A stretch of 64,000 nucleotides of DNA from a virus. Within the stretch, counting starts at the first letter, position 1; the number at the start of each line of letters is the position of its first letter. The position numbers were made by a program, and so were the translations under genes. Below the pieces are notes generated by a model that saw only the letters and a list, made by a program, of their open reading frames with translations, was not told the origin of the DNA and did not search any database. Shown in pieces: positions 40,596 through 49,949 of this stretch. The stretch spans positions 48,112-112,111 of IMG/VR virus record IMGVR_UViG_3300037851_000500, one strand, 5' to 3'.

Positions 40596-41507
40596 ATGGC
40601 AACAGCAAGAATTGTTGATGATCTGTGCCTTGTTGATATTGATGCTATAACTATTCCCGATGCATGGTTTCAGTGTATTTATCAAATTCTCCATTATGGC
40701 AGGAAATATACAATTGATCGCGGATCTTTTGCAGGACAGCAAAGATTGGAGTTTGATTATATTACCGCGTCAATATCTAAACCTGGATTTGGGGCTGATT
40801 CAGATATAAATAATATGTTGCCACGTTTAAGGGAAGGAATTTCTATTCCAAATCCAGTAGAAGAAGGATATTTAAATGATTATTTACCATATTTGATGAC
40901 TGGAGAACTAAAACCGGGGGAATCATATACTTATGGGCAAAGATTAAATAAATGCCCTATCCCGTTTGAATGGATTGTAAATTATGATTCTGGAAAACAC
41001 GCTTATTGTTCAGAGGATTTTACAAAAGTTTTAACTCAAGATAGAAAACTTTATGAAAATAATAAAATAATTCATAAAGAGAAAAATAAAGAAACATATA
41101 AAGCCAATGCCTTTTTTAATCAAATTGAATTTTTAATTTATACTTATAAAAGATATGGGTTTAAAAATAATCAAATGGTTCTTCAAATAGCACAACCATC
41201 TGATATGTTTTTACAAGATCCCCCATGTTTAAGATTAATAGACACCAGAATTTTAAATAATAAACTACATTTTTTTGTTGAATTTAGATCTTGGGATTTA
41301 TGGGCTGGTTTTCCAGCTAATCTTGCTGCAATTGAGATTTTAAAACAGTATATTGCTGGAGAATTAAACGTAGAAACGGGGGTTACTATAGCCCGTTCAA
41401 AGGGGTTGCATATATATAACTATACCTGGGAATTAGCTGAAATAGTGGCTAATAAAACAATGAGCGAAGCGCAAGAATCAATTATGGATTTAAAAAATGC
41501 AAACTAA
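40596..41507 (+). CDS. thyA: Thymidylate synthase (ThyA fold)
   Basis: YTYGQRL, NQIE, DPPCL (catalytic Cys), FRSWDLWAGFPAN, LHIY. Confidence 0.85.
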   Translation: MATARIVDDLCLVDIDAITIPDAWFQCIYQILHYGRKYTIDRGSFAGQQRLEFDYITASISKPGFGADSDINNMLPRLREGISIPNPVEEGYLNDYLPYLMTGELKPGESYTYGQRLNKCPIPFEWIVNYDSGKHAYCSEDFTKVLTQDRKLYENNKIIHKEKNKETYKANAFFNQIEFLIYTYKRYGFKNNQMVLQIAQPSDMFLQDPPCLRLIDTRILNNKLHFFVEFRSWDLWAGFPANLAAIEILKQYIAGELNVETGVTIARSKGLHIYNYTWELAEIVANKTMSEAQESIMDLKNAN

Positions 41508-41862
41508 ATACTCAATTTATGAATTAATGGACTTATTTGAATTTTCAGATGAGGATAAAAAGGATTTGCCCATATTATCTCCAACAAATGATTTTAAATT
41601 GTTAGAGGAAAATTTAAAAAAATTTAAAAAGGTATTTAAAAAAAATTATCGTAAAGTAGCAATGAAATATCATCCAGATAAACACCCAGATAAAAAACTG
41701 GCACATAAGAAACTTGTTGTTATTACCCAGTTAATGAAAATGATAAATAATGTAAAAATTCAGGAACAAATAAGGGAATCCGCTACAATAACTGTTAAAT
41801 TTCATTTTTATGGATCTTATTCATCTTCTACATGGGGTGGAACACCCACATCCACATGGTAA
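41497..41862 (+). CDS. J-domain (DnaJ-like) protein
   Basis: KKNYRKVAMKYHPDK with the HPD motif. Confidence 0.8.
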   Translation: MQTKYSIYELMDLFEFSDEDKKDLPILSPTNDFKLLEENLKKFKKVFKKNYRKVAMKYHPDKHPDKKLAHKKLVVITQLMKMINNVKIQEQIRESATITVKFHFYGSYSSSTWGGTPTSTW

Positions 41863-41869
41863 ATGCGAC

Positions 41870-41898
41870 TTGACTTGGATGATTTTTTGTGAGATAAT
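41870..41898 (+). promoter_or_regulatory. sigma70 promoter with ACTTGGAT box overlapping -35
   Basis: TTGACT-N17-GATAAT; ACTTGGAT at 41873-41880. Confidence 0.65.
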
Positions 41899-42017
41899 AT
41901 TTTTTAAATTGGCCCAAGGTATTATCTTTAACATAAAACATGGAGGTGCCTTATGTAGAACACAATTAAAAAAACCAAAATTAGACAAACCTAAATTTAG
42001 AAAATAGGAGGTTACTT

Positions 42018-42953
42018 ATGAAAAAAATCACTTTTCTGTTTATCCTGTTTATTATTCTAACCACTAATTCTTATGCATTTACAAGTGCAAATTGCCCAAT
42101 TGATCCAAAAGAAACAAATCCAGTTTATAATAACAATTTTAATCCCAGTAATACATTTAATCCCAGTAATACATTTAATCCCAGTAATACATTTAATCCC
42201 AGTAATACATTTAATCCCAGTAATACATTTAATCCCAGTAATACATTTAATCCCAGTAATACATTTAATCCAACAAACACGAACACGAACACGAATTCTA
42301 TTAATTACAAAGCAAAATATGAAGAAGCAAGAGAGATGGCAACAATAATTACTCATGCAGTTACTACAGAGTTGCAATTTAAAGAGGGCGCTCACTCTGA
42401 AAAGACCGATTCAAGAGTAATTAAAGTAGATGAGATTATTGAACTATTAGATGTCTTGGAGTATGAGGAATGTAAACGTGGCAAAGGTGGAGAGGGGGAT
42501 GTAAAAATTGTGGATGGCCTTATTAGACCCCAATTTCACAAAACAAAAGAAATTAAATTTCATAAAAATATGAATCAATTTAATAAGGCCAATTATAGAT
42601 TTATTGGTTGGGTTACAGGAATTGCCGGGACAAATGATGTTAGTATGGAGAATGTTGTTTATAGTGCTGGACAATTTGGTATGGATAATGGAGCTACGGA
42701 TATAATCAAAATAAAGGAATCCTCTACAGAGTGGGGCGATACCACTGGGTATGCCTTTGATCTGGGTGGATTCGTTACATCCATTATAGGTGGTGTGGGT
42801 AGAAATTCAATTGGTCCTGGTGGTTCCGGTAATGCTGGAATTAATGGTATGAAAGGTGGAAGTGCTGATAGAAGTGATGTAAAATTTGCATTATTTGTTT
42901 CAAATGAAAAATTAAAAGAAGTTAGTGAAAAGTATTCTCAAAAAAATAAATAA
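42018..42953 (+). CDS. Secreted protein with FNPSNT tandem repeats
   Basis: Sec signal peptide MKKITFLFILFIILTTNSYA; GGAGG RBS; upstream promoter and downstream terminator. Confidence 0.7.
   Translation: MKKITFLFILFIILTTNSYAFTSANCPIDPKETNPVYNNNFNPSNTFNPSNTFNPSNTFNPSNTFNPSNTFNPSNTFNPSNTFNPTNTNTNTNSINYKAKYEEAREMATIITHAVTTELQFKEGAHSEKTDSRVIKVDEIIELLDVLEYEECKRGKGGEGDVKIVDGLIRPQFHKTKEIKFHKNMNQFNKANYRFIGWVTGIAGTNDVSMENVVYSAGQFGMDNGATDIIKIKESSTEWGDTTGYAFDLGGFVTSIIGGVGRNSIGPGGSGNAGINGMKGGSADRSDVKFALFVSNEKLKEVSEKYSQKNK
42138..42271. repeat. Perfect 18-bp tandem repeat x7
   Basis: tttaatcccagtaataca x7 plus a partial unit; no spacers. Confidence 0.95.
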
Positions 42954-42975
42954 GGTTATGGGTAAAAATGTACAA

Positions 42976-43008
42976 TTTAGGGGGAGGAATTAATTTCTTC
43001 CCCCTAAA
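42976..43008 (+). terminator. Stem-loop terminator
   Basis: tttagggggaggaat..tttcttccccctaaa. Confidence 0.6.
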
Positions 43009-43053
43009 TAATTTAGAGGCAATTTTAAATAAAGAATAAGGAGGCAATTTATT

Positions 43054-43557
43054 TTGAAGCGACTACTTATCGGCCTTGGGGTGATTTCGTTATTAATGCC
43101 CCAATACTGTTTAGGGTCGCCAATTGATGAAGCCATAAATGAAACATTAAATAAATTACATCCGTATGTACCAAATAATATTGCAACAAAAAACCTTTTA
43201 AGATTAACAGCAGCAGTAGAATCAGATAATGGAAAAAATATAAACAATAAATCATCAATTGGTGTTTTTCAATTAACTGGGGCTACTATAAAATATGTAC
43301 AGAATTATATATGCCAAGATGAAAATCTTTATAAAATAGTAGCTCAATTAAAAGAAAAAAGTATTAATCATTATCATGCAGCATTAGCAATTATTTATTA
43401 TGGAATAAGAGTTAATTTATTTGAATTAAAAATTACAAAAAATGTAGATAATATAGATCTTCTATTATTATCTCTTATTTGGAAAAATGAGTACAATACA
43501 TATAAGGGCGCAGGAAATGTATTCATAGCAATATACAAATATAAATTGTATTACTAA
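43054..43557 (+). CDS. Exported lysozyme-like / transglycosylase-like protein
   Basis: Signal-like N-terminus; LTAAVES..GVFQL..T..WK..YNT..G pattern with a candidate catalytic Glu. Confidence 0.5.
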   Translation: MKRLLIGLGVISLLMPQYCLGSPIDEAINETLNKLHPYVPNNIATKNLLRLTAAVESDNGKNINNKSSIGVFQLTGATIKYVQNYICQDENLYKIVAQLKEKSINHYHAALAIIYYGIRVNLFELKITKNVDNIDLLLLSLIWKNEYNTYKGAGNVFIAIYKYKLYY

Positions 43558-43993
43558 GAAAGGTGGTTAATTATGCGGTTAATGTGGATGATTGATACAA
43601 ACTCATTAAAAATAAAAGGATATTAATTTAATGGCTATTTCTTCACAACTGGAAACAACTTTCATTTGTAGGAATTGTGGTATTAAGCTCACGCTCGAAG
43701 AAAAAAACATTAAACCTAAAAAACTTTTTGGAAATGAATTAGATAATGCAAAAATATGTCTTATCAGAAAAGCAATGCACGTTGGGTGGTTATTTGAGAC
43801 AAGAGACTGTACCTGTCCACAATGTAGAAGTGACAAGGGAAGAAATTGAAAAAATAAAAAAAAGAGCAATAAGTTGTTTAGGAACGTACACACCCTCTGA
43901 AGCAAAATTAAGAGTTGATGCTAAACACATAAAAGAAATATGTGATTTAGCTTTAAAGGTGAAACCAAAAAGATTCAAATTGAGGATAAAAAA

Positions 43994-44314
43994 ATGCAAA
44001 AACTAATTTTAACATTCTTTTCATTATTTATTTTAATATTGATCACTTTATTTGTGTGCAATTGCTCCACTTATAATTTATATGTTATGCAAATTACACC
44101 TTTAGATCAAAAAGAAAAATTAACAAGTAGGGATTTAAAAGAACCGGAACAATCTTCTGCACCAGCAATAGGGGATATGTCTAAAGCACCTAATAGAAAT
44201 TTTACTGATGTTCGCAATTGGGGAAATCTTCTTTATATTGCTGTTGATACACAAACTCCTAAAATAATTTCTCCAAACACATCAATTCCAGTACAAGTAA
44301 CTCCTTTACCATAG
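43994..44314 (+). CDS. Putative lipoprotein / membrane-anchored protein
   Basis: Hydrophobic N-terminus followed by VCNC. Confidence 0.45.
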   Translation: MQKLILTFFSLFILILITLFVCNCSTYNLYVMQITPLDQKEKLTSRDLKEPEQSSAPAIGDMSKAPNRNFTDVRNWGNLLYIAVDTQTPKIISPNTSIPVQVTPLP

Positions 44315-44326
44315 GAACTAATTACA

Positions 44327-45310
44327 ATGATTAAAATATTAAATCCAGAAGAAGTTAATATAGCAGTTATCGGGGATATAATGCTGGATATTTATAATTA
44401 TGGTGACGCCATAAGAATATCCCCAGAAGCGCCTGTACCAGTTTTCAATAGTAAAGAAATAAAACTGTTTTTGGGGGGGGCTGCAAATACATGGTTAAAT
44501 TTACGCAATACTGGAGTAAATGCATATTTATTCGGAAGAATTGGAGATGATTATTACGGAACAATTTTAAAGCAATTATTACATACTAACAGAGATGATT
44601 TTAAAAACACGATTTTCATAGATTTTAAAACACCAACAATAACAAAAGAAAGAATAGTTGCCAGATCACAACAAATAGTAAGAATTGATAAAGAATTAAT
44701 TACCCCTATAACAGAAAATATAGTTAAATTTATTTATTCTGGTCTTGAAGCATTAAATAAAAATAAAAAATTAGATGCTATAATTATTTCTGATTATGGT
44801 AAAGGGATAATTTGTGATAATTTAATAACAGCAATAAAACATGATCCAGCACTTTCATGTATTAAAATATTTGTAGATCCATTTCCAAAAAATTATAAAC
44901 TTTATGAGATGGCTAAATATATAACTCCAAATCAAAAGGAATTTGATGAAATTGGTGGTTTAGAGGTTTTACATGACAAATTAAATATTAACAATGTAAT
45001 AAGAACAGAGGGAGAAGGTGGAATAACTGTTTTTATTAAAAATATATTTAGTCCTTTTTCATATCACATAGATACAGAACAACAAAATGTTTATGATGTT
45101 TCCGGTGCCGGGGATACCGTAATTGCCATAATATCTTCTATGACAAGTATGGGGTTTGCATTAAAAGATGCTACCTATGCAGCAAATAAATGTGCTGGAA
45201 GTGTAATTTCACAAATGGGAACAACAGCAGTTGACTCAGAATTTTTTAAAAAGACAATGAATAAAATTATTGATAGTGGTGAGGACTATGTTAAAAAACC
45301 CAATAATTGA
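44327..45310 (+). CDS. rfaE1: D-glycero-D-manno-heptose-7-phosphate kinase (HldA / RfaE domain I, PfkB family)
   Basis: VIGDIMLD, RISPEAPVPV, LGGAAN, QQIVRID, ISDYGKG, ITPNQKE, YDVSGAGDTV. Confidence 0.92.
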   Translation: MIKILNPEEVNIAVIGDIMLDIYNYGDAIRISPEAPVPVFNSKEIKLFLGGAANTWLNLRNTGVNAYLFGRIGDDYYGTILKQLLHTNRDDFKNTIFIDFKTPTITKERIVARSQQIVRIDKELITPITENIVKFIYSGLEALNKNKKLDAIIISDYGKGIICDNLITAIKHDPALSCIKIFVDPFPKNYKLYEMAKYITPNQKEFDEIGGLEVLHDKLNINNVIRTEGEGGITVFIKNIFSPFSYHIDTEQQNVYDVSGAGDTVIAIISSMTSMGFALKDATYAANKCAGSVISQMGTTAVDSEFFKKTMNKIIDSGEDYVKKPNN

Positions 45311-45599
45311 AAATAGAATTGGAAAATTTTTTATAGGAACTAAATATTTAGAAAAAGAACCAAATTTAGTAATGAGAATAATGGGAAAATGCATCATTGT
45401 AGAAGCTATTAGTCACTATCATACAAACTCAATAGAATACATTGCATATAGTCCATATTTTGAACCTAAAGAACAATATGAACGTGGAAATTTTTATAAT
45501 ATTGAAGTAACTGAAGATGAAGAAGGAGTAAAATCTTTTAAATTTGTAAAAGTAATGGACGAAGATAAAATAAAAGTACTAAGAGTAATAACATTTTAA
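45288..45599 (+). CDS. Hypothetical phage protein
   Basis: Start likely ATG 45288 after GAGG. Confidence 0.5.
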   Translation: MLKNPIIENRIGKFFIGTKYLEKEPNLVMRIMGKCIIVEAISHYHTNSIEYIAYSPYFEPKEQYERGNFYNIEVTEDEEGVKSFKFVKVMDEDKIKVLRVITF

Positions 45600-45611
45600 A
45601 GGGGGCCAATT

Positions 45612-46472
45612 ATGTCAAGAAAAGCTCTATTAGTTGGGATAAATAACTTTTCTAATATTAGTGGATTAAATGGATGTGTAAATGATACCTACAATGTTAG
45701 AGATATTTTAAAAAATTATTTCAAGTTTGAAAATTCAGATATTAGACTATTAGCAGATAATAGAGCTACAAAACCAGCAATTTTAAATAGACTTAATGAT
45801 ATGATTTCTACATCTATTGCTGGAGATTTGATAATATTTCATTTATCTTCTCATGGGTCACAAATTAGAGACAGAAATAATGATGAACTTGCAGATAATT
45901 TAGATGAACTATTTTGTTGTTGCGATATGGATTGGGATGATCCAGGAACATTCATATTAGATGATGATCTTGTAGAAATAATTGGGAATTTACCAAAAAA
46001 TGTAAATTTAGAAGTACTATTAGATACGTGCCATTCTGGAACGGGTACAAGGGGGTGTTCAATTAAAAAAGAAGAATTTCCGACAAGATATAGATATACT
46101 CCACCACCTCCTGATATTTTTGCAAGAAGTGAGGGCGATGATTTACCAGTAAATAAGATGTTTTCCTCTGTAAAACAAGTAAATGAAAATACAAAAGATG
46201 TAAATGACCGATTAATTGTTAAAATGGGCCATATTCTTTGGGCAGGATGCAAATCCCATCAAACTTCTGCTGATGCCTATATTAAAGGGTCATATAATGG
46301 TGCTTTTACCTATTACTTCTGTAAACATATTAGAGATGCTAATGGAAAAATTACAAGACCCGAATTATTAAAAAGAATTCGCAGTTCCTTAAAATATGAA
46401 GGGTATGAACAAGTGGTACAAATGGAAACCAATAAAGCCCACTATTATAAGGAGGTATTTTCCAATGGCTAA
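45612..46472 (+). CDS. Caspase-family protease (peptidase C14, meta/orthocaspase)
   Basis: RKALLVGIN..LNGCVND, SSHGSQ (His), LLDTCHSG (Cys), QTSADA..GAFTY. Confidence 0.92.
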   Translation: MSRKALLVGINNFSNISGLNGCVNDTYNVRDILKNYFKFENSDIRLLADNRATKPAILNRLNDMISTSIAGDLIIFHLSSHGSQIRDRNNDELADNLDELFCCCDMDWDDPGTFILDDDLVEIIGNLPKNVNLEVLLDTCHSGTGTRGCSIKKEEFPTRYRYTPPPPDIFARSEGDDLPVNKMFSSVKQVNENTKDVNDRLIVKMGHILWAGCKSHQTSADAYIKGSYNGAFTYYFCKHIRDANGKITRPELLKRIRSSLKYEGYEQVVQMETNKAHYYKEVFSNG

Positions 46473-46668
46473 AACTAAAATGCCAAAAATTGAAATGTTT
46501 ATAGATTCAGAAGGAAAATTTCGTTTTAGAATAATAGCAAGAAATGGGAAAACACTTTGTCAAAGTGAGGGGTATTCAAGAAAAACAGATTGTACAAAGG
46601 CGATCCATGCTTTAACAGATGCAATGTTACAATATGAGTTGGAAAATATTAATATTGTGATGGTATAA
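46465..46668 (+). CDS. YegP/DUF1508 family protein
   Basis: GKFRFRIIARNGKTLCQSEGYSRK..C..AI; start likely ATG 46465. Confidence 0.8.
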   Translation: MAKTKMPKIEMFIDSEGKFRFRIIARNGKTLCQSEGYSRKTDCTKAIHALTDAMLQYELENINIVMV

Positions 46669-46891
46669 ATATGAGTGAAAACTATTTAGTAACTCAAGGG
46701 CAATTATTAGTTATAAAAAAATTAATTGAACTTGCTGAAATACACCCAATTGTTATAGATGATGCTATAAGGGATATAGACAATATTTTAAAAAATCAGC
46801 ATGTTTTTACTTCTAAAAACTCAATTGAAAATAATGTTATAAATATAAAATTATTAAGTAAACATATTAAAAATTTAGAGGATGATGGCAA

Positions 46892-47206
46892 ATGAGATTT
46901 GTATTTGATTTAGACGAAACAATTTGTACCAATTATGGAACAAGTGATTACACAAAGTCAAAACCGTCTTATATAATGGTAGGTATAATTAATAAATTAT
47001 ATGAAAAAGGGCATTATATTGAAATAAGAACCGCAAGGGGAAAATCCAGTGGAAAAGACTGGAGAAAACTTACTAAAAAACAACTTAAAGATTGGGAAAT
47101 AAAGTTTCATAAACTAAGTTTTAATAAACCAAGTGCAGATTTTTATATTGATGATAAAGCTCTAACACCAAGGATGTTTTTAGACAAATTTGCTTGGACA
47201 GACTAA
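46892..47206 (+). CDS. HAD-superfamily phosphatase (capsule-biosynthesis phosphatase-like)
   Basis: FDLDETIC (DxD), TARG, KP.ADFYIDDKA. Confidence 0.8.
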   Translation: MRFVFDLDETICTNYGTSDYTKSKPSYIMVGIINKLYEKGHYIEIRTARGKSSGKDWRKLTKKQLKDWEIKFHKLSFNKPSADFYIDDKALTPRMFLDKFAWTD

Positions 47207-47407
47207 TGAAAACATGGAAAGTAATATACTATTCTATTGTTCTTTCCCTTATAATATCTTCATTTATAATTCTTAATAAAACTTTTGACAAATTACATAT
47301 AATTATAGAAGAAAAAAATATAGAAATATCTGTGTTAAATTATAAATTATTAAATTGTAAATTAAACACAATAAATGAAATAAACTCTGAAAAGGCTAAC
47401 AATACTG

Positions 47408-47725
47408 ATGAATGATTTATCTGATGACAAAAAATCAGAATTATGCTTGAAATGTCTAAAGTGTTGCACCTATATTGCTGTACCATCTATAATAGACTCA
47501 AATAATGCATTTGTTGTAAACTTTTATAAAACCAGAGGATGTAAAACATTTGTTCACAAAAATATATTAATGATTGTTATTGAATATAAATGCCCACATT
47601 TAACAGAAAATGGTTGTTCTATTTATGATAAAAGACCTATAATTTGTAAAAATTATGATGGGAGGTTAGACGAAACCATAAAGGTTATGGGGGATATTTG
47701 TTTGTGGGAAAAAGAAAATGGATAA
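47408..47725 (+). CDS. YkgJ-family CxxCxxCC cysteine-cluster protein
   Basis: CLKCLKCC..CPHL..GCSIYDKRPIIC. Confidence 0.8.
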   Translation: MNDLSDDKKSELCLKCLKCCTYIAVPSIIDSNNAFVVNFYKTRGCKTFVHKNILMIVIEYKCPHLTENGCSIYDKRPIICKNYDGRLDETIKVMGDICLWEKENG

Positions 47726-48365
47726 AAAATATATAATAGCAATTGGTGGGGCTGTTATAAAAACAGCAAGATATGAATTAATAGAAGCGATTCAAATAGG
47801 AAAAGCTGAAATACTTATCCACAATGGAGGATCTATTTTCCATGATTTTCAGTTAGCTACTGAAATTTTACCAAATAAAAACCATTCTTATCCAATATCT
47901 GAATTGATGAATTCAAGAAAACAACTGAAAAAAACAAGTAATTTAATCAAAGACTTTTATAAAAAGGCTATAGCCCCCACAGGATCAATAACCCATTTGT
48001 GCCAAACATTAGATATACCCGTTTTAATTTTTACTGGTTTAGCTTGTGACTGGTGGCAATTTGAATTTAAAAGTTGGAACTCCATTGCTTTTAAAGCAAA
48101 AGAACATTTTGAATTTTTAAAAAATCGTTTTGCTTCAGACAAATTTAATTATTTATGCATGGGATCTGCGGTAATACACCCAGAAGTATTTTTAAAAGCT
48201 CTTGCCTTATCTGGAGCAAGCAATAAACAAAATTGGTTTACAGCAGATGTTGTTGATTTTTTAGATATGTACAGGCCAAGAACCAGAGTATCTATTTATG
48301 GTAAATATTATCAAATGGAACATAGAGATTTTTTAAATAAATTAAACAAAGGGGAATTACCATGA
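47718..48365 (+). CDS. Deoxyhypusine-synthase-like fold protein of unknown function
   Basis: IGGAVIK..HNGGSIFHDF..GSAVIHPEVFLKAL..DF..MYRP motifs; family recognised from memory. Confidence 0.55.
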   Translation: MDKKYIIAIGGAVIKTARYELIEAIQIGKAEILIHNGGSIFHDFQLATEILPNKNHSYPISELMNSRKQLKKTSNLIKDFYKKAIAPTGSITHLCQTLDIPVLIFTGLACDWWQFEFKSWNSIAFKAKEHFEFLKNRFASDKFNYLCMGSAVIHPEVFLKALALSGASNKQNWFTADVVDFLDMYRPRTRVSIYGKYYQMEHRDFLNKLNKGELP

Positions 48366-48515
48366 CAAAAAAAGAACTTCTTAAAATTTTAACTGATAAG
48401 AAAATAAAAGAAGATACTGAAATAAAAATTCTATGTACTACATATAGAGCTATCCCAGTAGAAACAGCATATTTTGATAAATCTGAAAATCAATTTATTA
48501 TAGAGACTAATTAAT

Positions 48516-48932
48516 ATGACTACCACATTAATAACTGGATGTTTTGATATACTTCATCCTGGGCATATTTATATATTGAAAGAAGCAAGCAAATTTAATG
48601 ACCAACTGTATGTTGGGTTAAATTCAGACGAATCTATAAAAAAATTAAAAGGAAATTCTCGACCTATAAATGATTTTTGGTATAGATTTAAAGTTTTATC
48701 AGGAATAAAATATGTTAATAATATTTTTAAAATTGAGGAAACACCAGAAAGATTAATTCATATATTAAAACCAAACACCATTGTTGTTGGTGGGGATTAT
48801 ACGCCAGAAAAAATTATTTGCAGAAAATATGTTTTATCTTATGGTGGAAGGGTAGAAGTTATACCAAGATTAGAAGAATTTAGTACAACCTCCGTTATAA
48901 AAAAATTTATGCATAGTAGTGGTACACTATAA
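48516..48932 (+). CDS. rfaE2: Heptose-1-phosphate adenylyltransferase (HldC / RfaE domain II)
   Basis: TGCFDILHPGH, VGLNSDESIKKLKG..RPIN, GGDY, STT motif. Confidence 0.9.
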   Translation: MTTTLITGCFDILHPGHIYILKEASKFNDQLYVGLNSDESIKKLKGNSRPINDFWYRFKVLSGIKYVNNIFKIEETPERLIHILKPNTIVVGGDYTPEKIICRKYVLSYGGRVEVIPRLEEFSTTSVIKKFMHSSGTL

Positions 48933-49936
48933 TGAAATTAATTATATCCTTTATGCAGAATTCTCCAGAAGTAACTTTATTAAAAAATTTATTTTGTTTT
49001 ATTGATACTGATGATCCAACAAAAATTCAACAAATAGAATTTCCAGATGAATTTCAAAAATATCTTCCTATTCATGGAATGGGGATGACATGCCTAAATA
49101 ACACCTTTTGTTTGGGTATTATTCCATTTCGTGAAAGACTTACTTCATCTATTCTTATTATTGATTTAATTTCTGGAATTTCTACTGTAGAACCAGTTTA
49201 TTCAATAAAGGGAATTCACAGCATATTTGGTATAGATGATTATCGTTTTTTAGCTAATAGTACCCAAACAGATCAAATTGTAGAAGTAACCATATTTAAT
49301 AATAAAATTGAATTTATAGATGTAGTTTATTCATTAAGAAATAAAAACATTTCCACTGTTTTTAGTCATAAGGACATAATTAGTTATCATATAGATGAAA
49401 AAGTGGATGATAACTTTCATTTAAACAGTGTTTTTATAAATAGTAATAAAATATATTTTACAAGATTTTGCATGTTACAAGAAGATAAACAAATAATTAA
49501 TTCGGGAAATGTTTGTTATGTAGATGATAATAATACTTTTTATATTTTAAAATCTGAACTAAATCACCCCCATTCTGTTTATGTGGATTCTCAAAATAAT
49601 ATTTTATTTTGCAATTCAGCAAATTTTGAATTAATTAATTTTACTAAAAATCAAATTATTACATGCCCAGGATATACACGCGGAATATGTGAAGATAAAT
49701 CAAAAGGGGGATATTGGGTGGGTATATCCGCATATAGGAAATTTTCAAAAACACAAAATAAATGGGTATCAATTTGTAGAGAAGATATTCCAAAACAAGA
49801 ATGCGCCTCTATCCAGTTTATAACATATGATGGGGAATTAAAAGAAAATATCAGTATTAACACAGCAAAGGAAATATTTGAAATTATACCATTTAAAGAG
49901 GGTAATTGGGGAAATATTGTTGATACTAATTTATAG
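48932..49936 (+). CDS. Beta-propeller protein (DUF4915-like)
   Basis: HLNSV, LNHPHS, CNSA, PGYTRGI..WVGIS motifs; coupled to the HldC gene. Confidence 0.55.
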   Translation: MKLIISFMQNSPEVTLLKNLFCFIDTDDPTKIQQIEFPDEFQKYLPIHGMGMTCLNNTFCLGIIPFRERLTSSILIIDLISGISTVEPVYSIKGIHSIFGIDDYRFLANSTQTDQIVEVTIFNNKIEFIDVVYSLRNKNISTVFSHKDIISYHIDEKVDDNFHLNSVFINSNKIYFTRFCMLQEDKQIINSGNVCYVDDNNTFYILKSELNHPHSVYVDSQNNILFCNSANFELINFTKNQIITCPGYTRGICEDKSKGGYWVGISAYRKFSKTQNKWVSICREDIPKQECASIQFITYDGELKENISINTAKEIFEIIPFKEGNWGNIVDTNL

Positions 49937-49949
49937 GAGGTAAAATATT

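Noticed and set aside
40596-41507. dCMP hydroxymethylase (T4 gp42-like)
   Set aside because: The specificity residue is Asn (GFPAN), not Asp
42138-42271. Possible CRISPR array
   Set aside because: The 18-bp units are contiguous with no spacers and lie in frame inside a CDS; no cas genes were seen
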